Shown here in pieces: positions 38,566 through 52,975 of a stretch of DNA of 64,000 nt. Source of the DNA: Mobula hypostoma (lineage: Eukaryota); assembly GCF_963921235.1 (NCBI RefSeq), contig NC_086097.1, positions 246,514,001-246,578,000 of the forward strand. The letters are read 5' to 3'. The position numbers and the translations under genes are program-made. Position 1 is the stretch's first letter, and each line of letters opens with the position of its first letter. The notes beneath the pieces are model-generated. The model was given only the letters and a program-made list of their open reading frames with translations. It made no database searches and was not told the DNA's origin.

Positions 38566-40626
38566 CCTCCATAGTATCCAGGTCATCTTCAAGAAGTGGT
38601 GCCTCAGAGAGGCAGCATCCATCATCGAGGACCTGCCCCACCCAGGACATGCCCTCTTCTCATTGCTACTATGAGGAAGGAGCTACAAAAGCCTGAAGCC
38701 TGAAGGCACATACTCAACAATTCAGGAACAGCTTCTTCCTTTCTGTCATCCAATTTCTGAGTGGACATTGAATACATGAACATTACCTCATTACTTTCTT
38801 TAAATGTCCTATTTTTTTGCATTTTGTATTTAATTTAACTATTTAGTGTGTATACTAACTGTAATTCACAGTTGCATTTTTCTCTATATTATCGTGCATT
38901 GCATTGTATTGTACTGCTGCCACAAAGTTAACAAATTTAACGACATATGCCGGTGTAATTAATTTTTTTTCTGATTCTGATTCATCATTGTGGCAAGTTC
39001 TCAAAGCAGACTTGTGTGTATTACTCTGGGTTTCCAGTATCTGCATAATTTCATGTGTTTATGATATACAATGAGGTCTTAGTTTGGTTGTTATTTCTCT
39101 TCCTGCTCTCGAGTATAAGCAAGTTTAAGTTTAAGGAAAAAGCAATTGATAAAGAATACAAGTAATATTTATTTCTACAAGACCATTTTACCAACTTGAG
39201 CACAAAATTTTCCAACTGTAATTTGAAGGCTATGCTAATAATTCATCGTTTCCAGTTTCGAAACTGCATTCATTCAAAGTTCTGTTTCAGTTACCTTCTC
39301 GTGCATGGGGGAACATCATTTCCCTCGCTATATCAGTAAAATGTGCAACTACAAATTATGCTGACCAACAAAAGATTACCAGCAATTCTTCCAAAAAGAT
39401 GCAAAGAACTGGCTTTCCCTGCCGTATGCAGAATACAAGTCCCACAGACCTGGTCTTATTCGCACTCTCAAACACAAATTCCTCTTTTGGATGGTGATCA
39501 TTTCCCAAGAATGTTGAATCAGCAATAGAGACTTCATTCATAATTACTTAACTTTATACAGTCTGTACATCTACTAAACTTCATTCAACCATGTACAAGT
39601 GGAAATGCACAAAAACAACACTTAATGAGATCCTGTTTTGACAAGCTCTGTTTTGTCAGCTCAAATTACTTCAAATTAGCATGCAAAGGTCCTTTACACA
39701 CAAAGCTAGGACCCAACCTTGCCTGTGATAAATTGTTAACCTTTAGGTGACCCTTTAAAATCCTACAAGTACTCTGAATTCACATGGTTCAATACATACT
39801 TTACTACTCAGAAAGAAAGAAATATTAATGCAGATACTCTGAAAAATGGAATGGCAAGTTGTTAAGTTAAGACAACATTTTAAAAATAAAATTTTTAGAA
39901 GAGATCAGCAATGTCTCACCAATTGTAAGTTAATCAAAATCTATTAATAAGTTATCTAATGGAAATTCTGCCCTCGTTTGTCTTTTGGATCTGCTGACCA
40001 TTAATGTGGCTGTCTCTCTGGGGGTGTGTGCGGGAGGATGCAAGGGAGGAAAGGGGATTGTTTTGCTGTTGTTGTTTAGTGGCTGTGGTTCTGGTACTGT
40101 TGTTGCTTGTGTTGTTCTGAACATTGTGGGCATGTTATGTTGGCGCTGGAATGTGTGGCAACACTTGTGAGCTGCCCCTTGGCATATCCTTAGGTTGTGC
40201 TGATTGTTAATGCAAACACTGCATCTTGCTGAGGGTTTCCATGTACAAATCAATGAATTTGAATCTGGCAATAATTCTGTAAGTAATTACCCACAGTTGA
40301 CTGACCCGCTGAGTTCCTCCAGCATTTTGTGTGAGTTGCTCTGGATTTCCAGCACCTGCAGATTTTCTCATGTTTACAATAATACTTCAATATTGTTTCT
40401 GCAATTATTGCAAAGAAAGCTTTATTTTAAAGGTGACCAAAGTGACGATTAAAATGAAGAAAATTTATTTCCTGAAATGGGACAGCAACAATTAAACTTG
40501 CTTTTCTATCAACTACACTGCCATTCAAAAGTTCAGGTGTCCTGATGAAGCGTCTCAGCTCAGTTCAAAACACCAACTATTTATTCCCCTCTATAGATGC
40601 TGCCTGACCTGTTGAGTTCTCCTGGC

Positions 40627-40628
<2 letters not shown>

Positions 40629-40694
<66 letters not shown>

Positions 40695-40698
40695 TGTG
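40629..40698. repeat. (TG)n microsatellite grown from the tgtgtg tract of a PLE-derived short element
   Basis: Preceded by agatgctgcctgacctgttgagttctcctggcac, the PLE derivative body. Confidence 0.95.
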
Positions 40699-41099
40699 TT
40701 TGGTGATTTCTAACATCTACACCAAGGGTTGCCATTGAGCCTTACCATTAACCAAGGGGTCCATGGACCCCATGTTGGGAACTCATGATCCAGAGAATCT
40801 TTTGAGTTCAGATTTATTTTTGGTTAGCTATCCATTCTGATGTCTGAATCAAAGAAAAAAAGAGGAATAAAATAGCAAAGCTGGAAAATATGAGAAAGCA
40901 TAATCGCTAGAGATTCTGCAGGTGTGGGAAATACTTCCCACTCCTTTGGGAAGGAAACAGAGTCAATGTTTTAGGTTCGTCAGAATTGTAAGGGAGACAA
41001 AATAATAAACACTAGAGATTCTGCAGATATTGGAAATCCACAGCAATACCTTTCGGGCCAAGACCCTTTATCAGGACCAGCCTGTTGAACTGCATGAAC

Positions 41100-41605
41100 A
41101 GCAAAAAAAAAGCACAACAGCGTCTCTTCCACTTCAGGCGACTGAAGAAGTTCGACATGAGCCCCCAAATCCTCAAGGCCTTCCACAGGGGCACCACTGA
41201 GAGCATCCTGACTGGTTGTATCACCACCTGGTACGGAAACTGCACCAACCTTGATGGCTGGGCACTGCAGAGAGTGATACAGACAGCCCAGCATATCTAT
41301 GGATGTGAACTTCCCTCCACTGAGGACATTTATAGCAGCAGGTGCATAAAGAAAGCCTGGAACATCATCAGGGACACCAGTCACCCCAACCATAAACTGT
41401 TTCAGATGCTTCCGTCTGGCAAATGGTACTGTGGCGTGAAAGCCAGGACCAACAGGCTACTGGGCAGGTTCTTTCTGCAAGCTATTAGACTTACAAATTC
41501 GCATGTCTGTACAATGCAACAGAGTTATAACGCAAAGAGTTTTACACCCTCCCGTTGCAGGATTGATGGAAGATGTAAATAAATTCAAATTTAAATTTAA
41601 ATTCT
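41100..41605 (+). mobile_element. Rex1/Babar-type 3' fragment
   Basis: KKAQQRLFHFRRLKKF, ESILTGCITTWYG, SHPNHKLFQMLPSG. A related copy lies at about 43900-44435(-). Confidence 0.85.
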
Positions 41606-42931
41606 ATATCAACTTGTATGACAACTTTGAGTGAGACCTGGACCCCAAGACCACTCTACTTCTCCACACTGCTAAGAATCTTGCCACGAACCCTATATTC
41701 TGTCTTCAAATTTGACCTTCCAAAGTGAATCAATTGACATCTTTTTCCAGAAGAACTAAGGAGATGTTGGTATCAATAATTCTAACTCTGACCCAGTATC
41801 TATATCTTTCTCATCCTGCATAATTATTAACTTTCACTGTTTCCATTTGCCACTGCTTCCTGATGAAGGGTCACGGCCTGAAACATCAACTGTTTATTCC
41901 CCTCCATGGAGGCTGCCTGACCCACTGAGTTCCTCCAGCACTTTATGTGTGTTGTTCCAAATGTAAAGCTTTCTTTCATGATAGAAGTTCTTTTCATTAT
42001 CCACACAATACTTCCAGTCTTCCAATTATGCTCAGAACTACACTCATTAACGCATTCAGAAATCTTTGTCCATTCATCTGAAGAATTGTTTCCAAAGTGT
42101 TTCCTGGTGATCTCATTAAACTCAACTAATAAAACTATAGTTTTTTGACTACATTAAACTAGGTATTAAATGCCTTTCAATAAATGTGGAATATATTTAT
42201 CTTAATTTTTTAATATTATATTACTCACTTGTTAAAAAACCTGAATTGAATACCCAATGGCAGAAAAAATACCTCAGGTAATTTGAAATAAATAATGAGA
42301 CAGATACATCAATATTCTTAGAATCTGAACATGCAAAGTGAAATTGGCTTAGATTTGGTATTCATTATCAATTTGGTTGATAAATTCAACCAAATTCAAC
42401 AAATTTAACAAATACTGCAATCAGAACATCTGGAGAAGACAAATATCAGAGTTGTATTGTACATGCGAACTTCGACAATAAGTGAACCTTTGGATTCAGC
42501 CCTGGACGAGGGTTAAGGGTACAGATCAAACAGGATCAGCGAGACATACAGTAATACAACAAGGATCTCCACCACCCAGAGCATGCTGTCTTCTCACTCC
42601 TCCCATCAGGAGGAAGATATTCAGGATTCACACCACCAGGATCAGGAACAGCTATTACCCCTCAACCATCAGGGTCTTGAACCAAAGGGGATAACTCCGC
42701 TCAACTTCACTTGCCCTATCATGGAAATGTTCCCACAACCTATGGACTCACTTTCAAGGATTCTTCATCTCATGTTCTTGATATTTATTGCTATTTATTT
42801 ATTATTATTATTTCTTTCTTTTTGTATTTGCACAATCTGTTGTCTTTTGTACACTAATTCAATGCCCAAGTTGGTGCGGTCCTTCATTGATTCTGTTCCA
42901 GTTATTATTCTCTTATGAACTTATTGAGTAT

Positions 42932-43845
42932 CATAGTCATAGTCACAGTCATACTTTATTGATCCCGGGGGAAATTGGTTTTCGTTACAGTTGCACCATA
43001 AATAATAAATAGTAATAGAATCATAAATAGTTAAATAGTAATATGTAAATTATGCCAGTAAATTATGAAATAAGTCCAGGACCAGCCTATTGGTTCAGGG
43101 TGTCTGACCCTCCAAGGGAGGAGTTGTAAAGTTTGATGGCCACAGGCAGGAATGACTTCCTATGACGCTCTGTGCTGCATCTTGGTGGAATGAGTCTCTG
43201 GCTGAATGTACTCCTGTGCCCAACCAGTACATTATGTAGTGGATGGGAGACATTGACCAAGATGGCATGCAACTTAGACAGCATCCTCTTTTCAGACACC
43301 ACCATCAGAGAGTCCAGTTCCATCCCCACAACATCACTGGCCTTACGGATGAGTTTGTTGATTCTGTTGGTGTTTGCTACCCTCAGCCTTCTGCCCCAGC
43401 ACACAACAGCAAACATGATAGCACTGGCCACCACAGACTCGTAGAACATCCTCAGCATCGCCCGGCAGATGTTAAAGGACCTCAATCTCCTCAGGAAATA
43501 GAGACGGCTCTGACCTTTCTTGTAGACAGCCTCAGTGTTCTTTGACCAGTCCTGTTTATTGTGAATTCGTATCCCCAGGTATTTGTAATCCTCCACCATG
43601 TCCGCACTGACCCCCTGGATGGAAACAGGGGTCACCGGTACCTTAGCTCTCCTCAGGTCTACCACCAGCTCCTTAGTCTTTTTCACATTAAACTGCAGAT
43701 AATTCTGCTCACACCATGTGACAAAATTTCCTACCGTAGACCTGTACTCAGCCTCATCTTCCTTGCTGATGCATCCAACTATGGCAGAGTCATCCAAAAA
43801 CTTCTGAAGATGACAAGACTCTGTGCAGTAGTTGAAGTCCGTGTG
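42932..43845 (-). mobile_element. Rex1-type LINE 3' portion, relatively young
   Basis: Open ORF 43087..43797: DDSAIVGCI, YKYLGI, RLYFLRRLRSFNIC, SHPLH. (tatgac)n tail at 42932-42954. Confidence 0.88.
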
Positions 43846-44439
43846 CCCATAAGAAAATGAATCAAAATGTTGTATATGGTGACATATTTATTGATTTTAT
43901 TTCTTACACCCAAGGGAGTAAAAATCTTTATGTTGTGTCTCCATCGCAATGTACCATCAATAAAGAGGGGAAATGTGGGACAATATTGCCAAAATACTAA
44001 GATTGTATACAGAATTGTTTTGTATACATGTATATACAGTCAGATATGCAATCAGATCAATGTGTATTGACAAGACTGATGGCTTGGTGAAAGAAGCTAT
44101 CTCGGAGCCTTTTGGTCCTGGCCTTAATGCTGTGGTACCATTTGCCAGACAGTAGCAGCTGAAGCAGTTTGTGGTTGGGGTGGCTGGAGATCCCAATAAT
44201 CCTTCGGGCCCTTTTTACACACCTGCTGCTATAAATGTCCTGAATAGAGGAAAGTTCATGTCCACAGATGTGCCGGGCTGTCTGCAGTGCCCTGCATATT
44301 GAGGGTAGTACAGTTCCCGTACCAGGTGATGACACATCCAGAGAGGATGTTCTTGATGGAACCCTGTAAATAGTCCTGCCGAAAGTCATGCCGAACTTCT
44401 TCAGCTGTCTGAAGTGAAAGAGGAGTTGTTGTGCTTCAA

Positions 44440-44907
44440 TCTAACCCTTCCCTCCTACAGAGCTCCCATTTTTTCCATCAGCCACGTGCCTATCTAAGAG
44501 TTCTTTAAATGTCCCTGATGTCCTCTGCCTGCACCGCCACCACAGGGCATTCCACACACTCACTACCCTCTGTGTAAAAGAAATACCGCTGATATTCCAA
44601 CAAACACCTTAAAGTTATGGCCTCTTGCATTAGCCAGTTTTGCCCTGGGAAAAAGCCTCTGGCTCTCCACTTGACTTATGTCTCTTATCATCTTGCACAA
44701 CTCTATCAAATCATCTCTCATCCTCCTCCACACCAAAGCAAAAAGCCCAAGGTCATTCAACCTATCATCATAAGACATGCTCTCTAATCCAGACAGCATC
44801 CTAGTAAATCTCCTCCACACCCATTCGAAAGCTTCCACATCCTCCCTATAATGAGGGGACCAGAACTGACAACAATATTCCAAGTGTGGTTTAACCAGGG
44901 TTTTATC
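44440..44907 (-). mobile_element. Older CR1 3' fragment, continuing at about 47350-47390
   Basis: LVKPHLEYCCQFWSP, RRMRDDLIE. Confidence 0.8.
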
Positions 44908-47205
44908 ATAGAACATAGAACATAGAATACTACAGCACGGTACAGGCCCTTTGGCCCATAATGTTGTGCTGACCCTCAAACCCTGCATCCCATATAACCC
45001 CCTACCTTAAATTCCTCCATATACCTGTCTAGTAGTCTCTTAAATTTCACAAGTGTATTTGCCTCCACCACTGACTCAGGGAGTGCATTCCACGCATCAA
45101 CCACTCTCTGAGTAAAAAACCTTCCTCTAATATCCCCCTTGAACTTCCCACCCCTTACCTTAAAGCCATGCCCTCTTGTATTGAGCAGTGGTGCCCTGGG
45201 GAAGAGGCGCTGGCTATCCACTCTACCTATTCCTCTTAATATCTTGTATACCACTATCATGTCTCCTCTCATCCTCCTTCTCTCCAAAGAGTAAAGCCCT
45301 AGCTCCCTTAATCTCTGATCATAATGCATACTCTCTAAACCAGGCAGCATCCTGGTAAATCTCCTCTGTACCCTTTCCAATGCTTCCACATCCTTCCTAT
45401 AGTGAGGCGACCAGAACTGGACACAGTACTCCAAGTGTGGCCTAACCAGAGTTTTATTGAGCTGCATCATTACCCGTGACTCTTAAACTCTATCCCTCGA
45501 CTTATGAAAGCTAACACCCCATAAGCTTTCTTAACTACCCTATCTACCTGTGAGGCAACTTTCAGGGATCTATGGACATGTATCCCCAGATCCCTCTGCT
45601 CCTCCGCACTACCAAGTATCCTGCCATTTACTTTGTACTCTGCCTTGGAGTTTGTCCTTCCGAAGTGTACCACCTCACACTTCTCCGGGTTGAATTCCAT
45701 CTGCCACTTCTCAGCCCACTTCTGCATCCTATCAATGTGTCTCTGCAATCTTCGACAATCCTCTACACTATCTACAACACCACCAACCTTTGTGTCGTCT
45801 GCAAAATTGCCAACCCACCCTTCTACCCAAAATATAAGTCGTTAATAAAACATCACAAAAAGTATAGGTCCCAGAACCGATCCTTGTGGGACGCCACTAG
45901 TCACATCCCTCCAGTCCGAATGTACCCCCTCCACCACGACCCTCTGCTTTCTGCAGGCGAGTCAATTCTGAATCCACCTAGCCAAACTTCCCTGGATACC
46001 ATGCCTTCTGACTTTCTGAATAAGCCTACTGTGTGAAACCTTGTCAAATGCCTTACTAAAATCTATATAGATCACATCCACTGCACTACCCTCATCTATA
46101 TGCCTGGTCACCTCCTCAAAGAACTCTATCAGGCTTGTTAGACACGATCTGCCCTTCACAAAGCCATGCTGACTGTCCCTGATCAGACCATGATTCCCTA
46201 AATGCCCATAGATCCTATCTCTAAGAATCTTTTCCAATAGCTTTCCCACCACAGACGTAAGGCTCACTGGTTTATAATTACCCGCACTATCCCTACTATC
46301 TGTTTTGAACAAGGGGACAACATTCACCTCCCTCCAATCCTCCGGTACCATTCCCGTGGACAACCAGGACATAAAGATCCTAGCCAGAGGCTCAGCAATC
46401 CCTTTCCTTGCCTCGTGGAACAGCCTAGGGAATATTCCGTCAGGCCCTGGGGACTTATCCGTCCTAGTGTATTTTAACAATTCCAAAACCTCCTCTCCCT
46501 TAATATCAACACGCTCCGGAACATGAACCTCACTCATATTGTCCTCACCTTCATCAAATTCCCTCTCATTGGTGAATACTGAAGGGAAGTATTCATTGAG
46601 GACCTCGCTCACTTCCACAGCCTCCAGGCACATCTTCCCACCTTTATCTCTCATCGGTCCTACCTTCACTCCTGTCATCATTATGTTCTTCACATAATTG
46701 AAGAATACCTTGGGGTTTTCCTTTACCCTACTCGCCAAGGCGTTCTCATGCCCCCTTCTTGCTCTCCTCAGCCCCTTCTTAAGCTCCTTTCTTGATACCC
46801 TATATTCCTCAATAGACCCATCTGATCCTTGCTTCCTAAACCTCATGTATGCTGCCTTCTTCCACCTGACTAGATTTTCCACCTCACTTGTCACCCATGG
46901 TTCCTTCACCCTACCATTCTTTATCTTCCTCACCAAGACATATTTATCCCTAACATCCTGCAAGAGATCCCGAAACATCGACCACATGTCCATGGTACAT
47001 TTCCCTGCAAAAACATCATCCCAATTCATACCCGCAAGTTCTAGCCTTATAGTCTCATAATTTGCCCTTCCCCAATTAAAAATTTGCCTGTCCTCTCTGA
47101 TTCTATCCTTTTCCATGATAATGTTAAACGCCAGGGAGCGGTGGTCACTGTCCCCCAGATGCTCACCCACTGAGAGGTCTGTGACCTGAGCCGGTTCGTT
47201 ACCTA
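44908..47205 (-). mobile_element. CR1 LINE, 5'-truncated, RT nearly intact
   Basis: ORFs 45962..47170, 45470..45748 and 44976..45470 carry CR1 RT motifs. (ttctatg)n tail. Confidence 0.93.
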
Positions 47206-47349
47206 ATCATCATTGTCATAATGGCACCTGATGCTCATCATCATCAGGTGCCATAGCCAGATTGAGCTTTGATTGCCATGGCCCACACACTCCTGTTTCG
47301 GGACAAGTGAATCAATTCACTGGCATTCATTTCCAGTTCCCTGGCTGCA
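47206..47349 (-). mobile_element. Short RTE 3' end of the same family as 19320-22589
   Basis: Reverse complement of the ..cccgaaacaggagtgtgtgggccatggca..ggcacctgatgatgat terminus. Confidence 0.85.
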
Positions 47350-47399
47350 AGGGTTTCATAGAGCTGCAGTATTACTTCACGGCTCTTTAACAACGTTAT

Positions 47400-49835
47400 G
47401 ATAGTAATGGAGAATTCCAATATGCAGGTAAAATCAGGTTGGTGCTGGATCTGAAGAGAGGGAATTTGAGGATACTAATCAGATGGCCTTTTACAGCAGA
47501 TTGTGGTTGAACCAACTAGTGAAAAGGTAATTCTGAATTGTGTGTTGTGCAAGGAATGAGATTTGATTAGAGAGCTTAAGGTAAAGAAACCCTTGAGAGG
47601 CAGTGATCATAATATGATAGAATTCATCCTGTAGTTTGAGAAAGAGAAGATAAAATCAGATATATTAATATATTACAGTGGAGTAAAAGGATTCAGAGGC
47701 ATGAGCAAGGAGTTGGCCACAGCTGATTGGAAAGGGAGACTAACAGAGATGACGGCAAAGCAGCAATGGCTGAAGTGTCTGGGAACAATTCAAAAGGCAC
47801 ACAGAATAGATACATCCCAAAGATGAAGAAGCATTCTAAAGGACGAAGCAACTGTGGCTGACAAGTAAAGTCAAAGACAGCAAAAAACCAAAAGAGAGGG
47901 CATATAATATAGCAAATATTATTTGGAAAGTTGCAAATGTCACTCCACTCCTTAAGAAGGCAGAAGCAGAAGAAAGGAAAGTATAGGTCAATTAGCCTGA
48001 CTTCAGTGGTAGGGAAAATGTTGAAGTCAATCGTTAAGAATGAGGTTTCAGTTTACTTGGATAAAGTAGGCCAAAGTCATCATGGTTTCCTTCAGGGGAA
48101 ATCTTAACTGACAAATCTGCTGGAATTCTGTAAGGAAATAACAGGCAGGATAGACAAAGGAGAGTCAGTTTGCTTGGATATTCAAAAGGCTTTTGACAAG
48201 GTGCTGCGCATTGTCTTTTAATGTTAAAAATGTTTAAATTGTACAAGGCATTGGTAAAGGCAAATTTGGAGTATTGTGTACAGTTCTGGTCACCAAATTA
48301 GAGGAAAGATGTCAACAAAATAGAGGGAGTACAGAGAAGACCTACTAGAATGTTACCTGGGTTTCAGCACCTGAGTTACAGAGAAAGGTTGAACAAGTTA
48401 GGTCTTTATTCTTTGGAGCGTAGAGGTTGAGAGGGGACTTAATAGAGGTAGTTAAAATTATGAGGGGAATAGATAGAGTTGACGTGGATAGGCTTTTTCC
48501 ATTGAGAGTAGGGGAGATTCAAACAAGAGGACATGAGTTGAGAGTTAGGGGACAAAAGTTTAGGGGTAACACGAGGGGGAACTTCTTTGCTCAGAGAGTG
48601 GTGGCTGTGTGGAATGAGCTTCCAGCAGAAGTGGTAGAGGCAGGTTCGATATTGTGATTTAAAGAAAAATTGGATAGGTATATGGACAGGAAAGGAATGG
48701 AGGGTTATGGGCTGAGTGCAGGTCGGTGGGACTAGGTGAGAGTAAGCGTTTGGCATGGACTAGAAGGGCCCAGATGGCCTGTTTCTGTGCTGTAATTGTT
48801 ATATGGTTATATGAGGCTGCTTAACAAAATATGAGCCCATAGTATTACAGGAAAGATACTAGCATGGACAGAAGATTGGCTGATTGGCAGGAGGCAAAGT
48901 GACTGCATGAAGTGGCAAGTAATGTTCCACTGGGGTCAGTATTGGTACTGCTTCTTTTCACATTATATGTCAGCACTTTGGATGATGAAGTTGATGACTT
49001 TGTGGCCAAGTTTTCAGACAATACAAAGATAGGGGAAGGGACAAGTAGTGTTGAGGAAGCAGATAGGCTGCAGAAAGACTTAGACAGATTTGTTGAATGG
49101 GCAAAGAAGTGGCAGATGGAAAACATTGTAGAGAAGTGCATGGCCACGCACTTTAATAGAAGGAATAAATGCCCAGACTATTTTCTAAACAGGAAGAAAA
49201 CTCAGAAATCAGAGGTGCAAAAAACCTTCAGGAGTCCTTGTACAGGATTATATAAAGGTCAACTTGCAGAGTGAGTCAGAGGTAAAGAAGGCAAATGCAA
49301 TGTTAACATTCATTTCAAGAGGACTAGAATATAACAGCAGGAATGTGATGCTGAGTCTTTAAAAGGCATTGATCAGACCACACTGGGAGTATTGTGAGCA
49401 GTTTTCAGCCCTTTATCTAGAAAGGGTGTGCTGGCATTGGAGAGGGTCCAGAGGTGGTTCATGAGAACGATTCCAGGAATGGAAGGGTTATTGTATGAGG
49501 AGCTTTTGATGGGTCTGGTCCTGTACTCGCTGGAGCTTAGAAGAATGATGGGTAATCTCACTGAAACCTATCGAATATTGAAAGGCCAAGATAGAGTGGA
49601 TGCAGAGAGGATATTTCGTATAGTGGGGGGAGTCTAGGACCAGAGGCCACAGCCTCAGAACAGCGGGATGTCCATTTCAAACAGAGGTATCTTTTTGAAG
49701 GAATTTCTTTAGCTAGATAGAGGTGAATCTGTGGAATGGCTCCAAGGATGGTTGTGGGAGCCAAGTCATGGAGTATATTTAAAGCAGAGACTGATTCTTG
49801 GTTAGTCAGGACATCAAAGGTGAAGGCAGGAGAAT
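47400..49835 (+). mobile_element. Old degraded CR1 with a younger CR1 3' fragment (about 48225-48812) inserted
   Basis: SDHNMIEF, KAFDKV|MRLLNK split by the insert, SNVPLGSVL, AKFSDNTKIG. The insert ends in a (ttatatgg)n tail. Confidence 0.85.
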
Positions 49836-51127
49836 GGAGATGAGTGGGCACCACGGTAGCATGGCAGTTAGCGCAAGACTAGTACACATCAGGACATTCT
49901 AGAGTTTAGAGTTCAATTCTGGTGCCGCTCTGTAATGTACTCCCTGTGGAATACATGAGCCTTCTCCACGCCCTCTGGTTTCCACCCAGAATCCAGATAT
50001 GTACCAAGTAGGTTAACTGGTCATTGTAAATTGCCCTGTGTTTAGGTTAGGATTAATTAGCTGCTCGAAGGGCCAGAAGGGACTGTTTCATGCTGTATCA
50101 CTAAAATAAATAAATAAATCATAAGGGAATGGCGGAATAGACTCGATGGGCAGAGTGGCCGAATAAAGTCTCAACTCGCCGCCAAACTATCCACAACACC
50201 ATCAATCTCTGCCTAACACAGTCCCTAACAACAGCGATCAGTTTGCAGACCGAAGTTCAAAGATTGGCAAGATTGGTGAACAACCAATGCACAGAAGAAG
50301 ACAAAGTGTGCAAAATAAAAACAAAAAGTAATACCGAGAATATGAGTTGTAGAGCCCCTGAAAGTAAAACTGTAGGTTGTCGAATCAGTTCAGGGTTGTG
50401 GTTGCGGTAAACAGAAAAACCTCTGACAGGCAACCAAAGTGCAAAAAAAAACAAACTGTGCAAATAAAAAATAACACTGAGAACTTGTAAAGAGTCCTTG
50501 AAAGTGAGTCTGTAGATTGTGGAATCAGTTCAGAGTTGAGGTGAGTGAAGTTATCCATGCTGGTTCAGGAGCCTGATGGTTGAAAGGTAATAATTGTTCC
50601 TGAACCTGGTGGTGTAGGACCTGAGGCTCCTGTACCTCCTGTCTGATGGTAGTAGCAAAAAGAGGGCATAGCCTGGATGGTGGGGATTTTGATAAAAACT
50701 GCCTGCCATATAATACTGCTGATGTTATTCTCGTAGAGATCTGTCTGTGATTGCAAAGCTGCATCTTGCATCTGATTCAGTGGCGATCTAAAGATTCTTC
50801 AGATTCTCTTCAAGAATGAGGCATAAAGCTTGATGTTTAGGGATATCGATTGGCGTCTATCCATTGAGCTTGGTGAATGTGGAGATAGGTTGATATGGAA
50901 TGTGAAAATTAGCACTATTTCCACTCCAGACAGTTGTAAATTATTTCTCAGCTCTGTTCATCAACAAAATTAATGACCCAAATTAGAGTTTTTATAGTAC
51001 GATCACTCAAGTCAAGTACAATGTTCTCCCAAGTGGTTGTCCTTTGGTGGGTCTTCATGTGGCTGAGAAAGGCCATTCCAGAGTCCACATAATCCTGCCC
51101 TCTTTGCCACTTGCTGATCACCACAGG

Positions 51128-51510
51128 ACTTAAAATGGGATGTTAGGGTGCTCTACCCTCATGAAGAACGTCTGTGTGTGACTGTTTAATGCTGGGAGGT
51201 TAATGCATGGGCAGCCCCACACGGTCCTCAAAAGATCGGGGTCAGAGTCTAGTGGCGTGGAATGCAAGACCACTGAGGACCCTTCATTGCTGCAGCCTTC
51301 CTCCACCATCACTGCCGTTGTGATGTGTCATCATCTTCCGCCAGCTCCACCGCTAAGGTCTTGGTTAGATCGCTCTTTGTCTGGAACCGCCCCCCTTGAC
51401 CTTACTGCCACGGGTGACCCTACCAGGAGCCAAGCGCCAGACGGCATCGCTCTTGGGATGCCAGGAGCTCACTAGCCTCACCAGAACAAGGTGACGATCC
51501 CCGGAGAAGT
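51128..51510 (-). mobile_element. RTE (Expander/Rex3-like) 5'-UTR-derived fragment
   Basis: Minus strand gatcgtcaccttg..gctcctggtagggtcacccgtggca resembles Rex3/Expander 5' UTRs. Recognition is from memory only. Confidence 0.5.
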
Positions 51511-52975
51511 GTCCCTATTGTCTTTTGTCACAACACCAACTGCAATTATTCCAAATGTTATTCAGATGCAGTTGTTTGGCTTTATTGCCAAAATTTCAAT
51601 TTTGCAAATCAAAGAAGAAATGTTAGTGAAAGGGAACGGAGTGTCCAATCTCTCAGTTTTCCAGGGTGCCTGTGCTGCACAAGTAGGTCACCAGATGTAA
51701 GGAAGAAAAGCCTGAACTATCTGGATTACTGGAGCTGAGCACTCTTTTATATATGAAGCAAGTGTTTGGATGTGTCTTTGGCAATTTCAGAGGCTCAAAA
51801 CAAGTTAAAAATAATATAAATAAACATATGTCAGTAATTAAGTGAAAACATCCCAGCTCTTAAGGCAGATTCCTCACAGAGCTTCTTGTAATCATGCCTT
51901 GTCCTCAGAAATGCCTGCCACAAGAAGAAATGTTTTCTAATCATTGGCTTATAAATTGTTTACACACAATAAATGGTGCTGTAAGTAAATGGTAAATCAT
52001 AAACATGCTTTTAAGGGTTTTATATGGATGCAAGCTGCAGGCAGCTGGCACACTGACATGATAAAGATCAGAGTTTGCAGTTCACGTTGCTTTTGCTTCT
52101 CATCTTGCTTTTCAAAGCAAATAACTTTTGGTATCGATGCCAGTGTTACTGCCAACAACACAAGGGTCATATGAGCTTTGTATTGCAGGAACTACTCCCA
52201 CTGGCATTTTGGGAACTCAGACACATGCCTGCCTTTTTTGCATAACTGGTTAGTGGTGGCACAGCAGGATCGAGATATAAGAAGTCAAACTGGCATGGGA
52301 CTTGTAGTGAATAGTCAAGCCCTGGGGCGTTTCGTAGAACACACGGATGTAGGAGAGCCAGTACATAGTTTGCTGAAAGCAGCATCACAGATGGATGAGG
52401 TGGTGAAAGCAGCTTTTGGCACACTGGCCTTCATCAGTCAGGGCACTGAGTGTAGGAGTCGGCATACTATATTTTAGTTGCACAAGATACTGGTGAGTAT
52501 GTAATTTTGGGGCATTGTGTACGATTTTTAAATAGCCCAGTAAGAAGCCCTTCTGGTTCGACGAGCCTGCACCACCCAATTACATCAATGTGACCAACTC
52601 GCGAACTAACCTGTACGTTTTTGGATTGAGGAAGGAAACCAGAGCACTTGGAGGAAACCCACGCAGTCACAGGGAGAATGTACAAACTTATTACAGACAA
52701 TGATTGAACCCAGACTGCTGCCACCCTAAGAGGTCATCCTGTTATAGGAAAGACACGATTAAACTGGAAATAGTGCCGACTAGATTTACTGACTTGACTC
52801 AAAGGTCTGAGTTATAGGGAGAGTTTGGGCAGGCTAGGACTACATTCCAATATATATAGGAGTGAGGGACCACCAAATGGAGGTGGATAAAATCATGAGA
52901 GTTAATGCACATAATCTTTTTCCCAGTCAAAGGGAATTTAAAAACTAGAAGGTATAGGTCACACACACAAAATGC

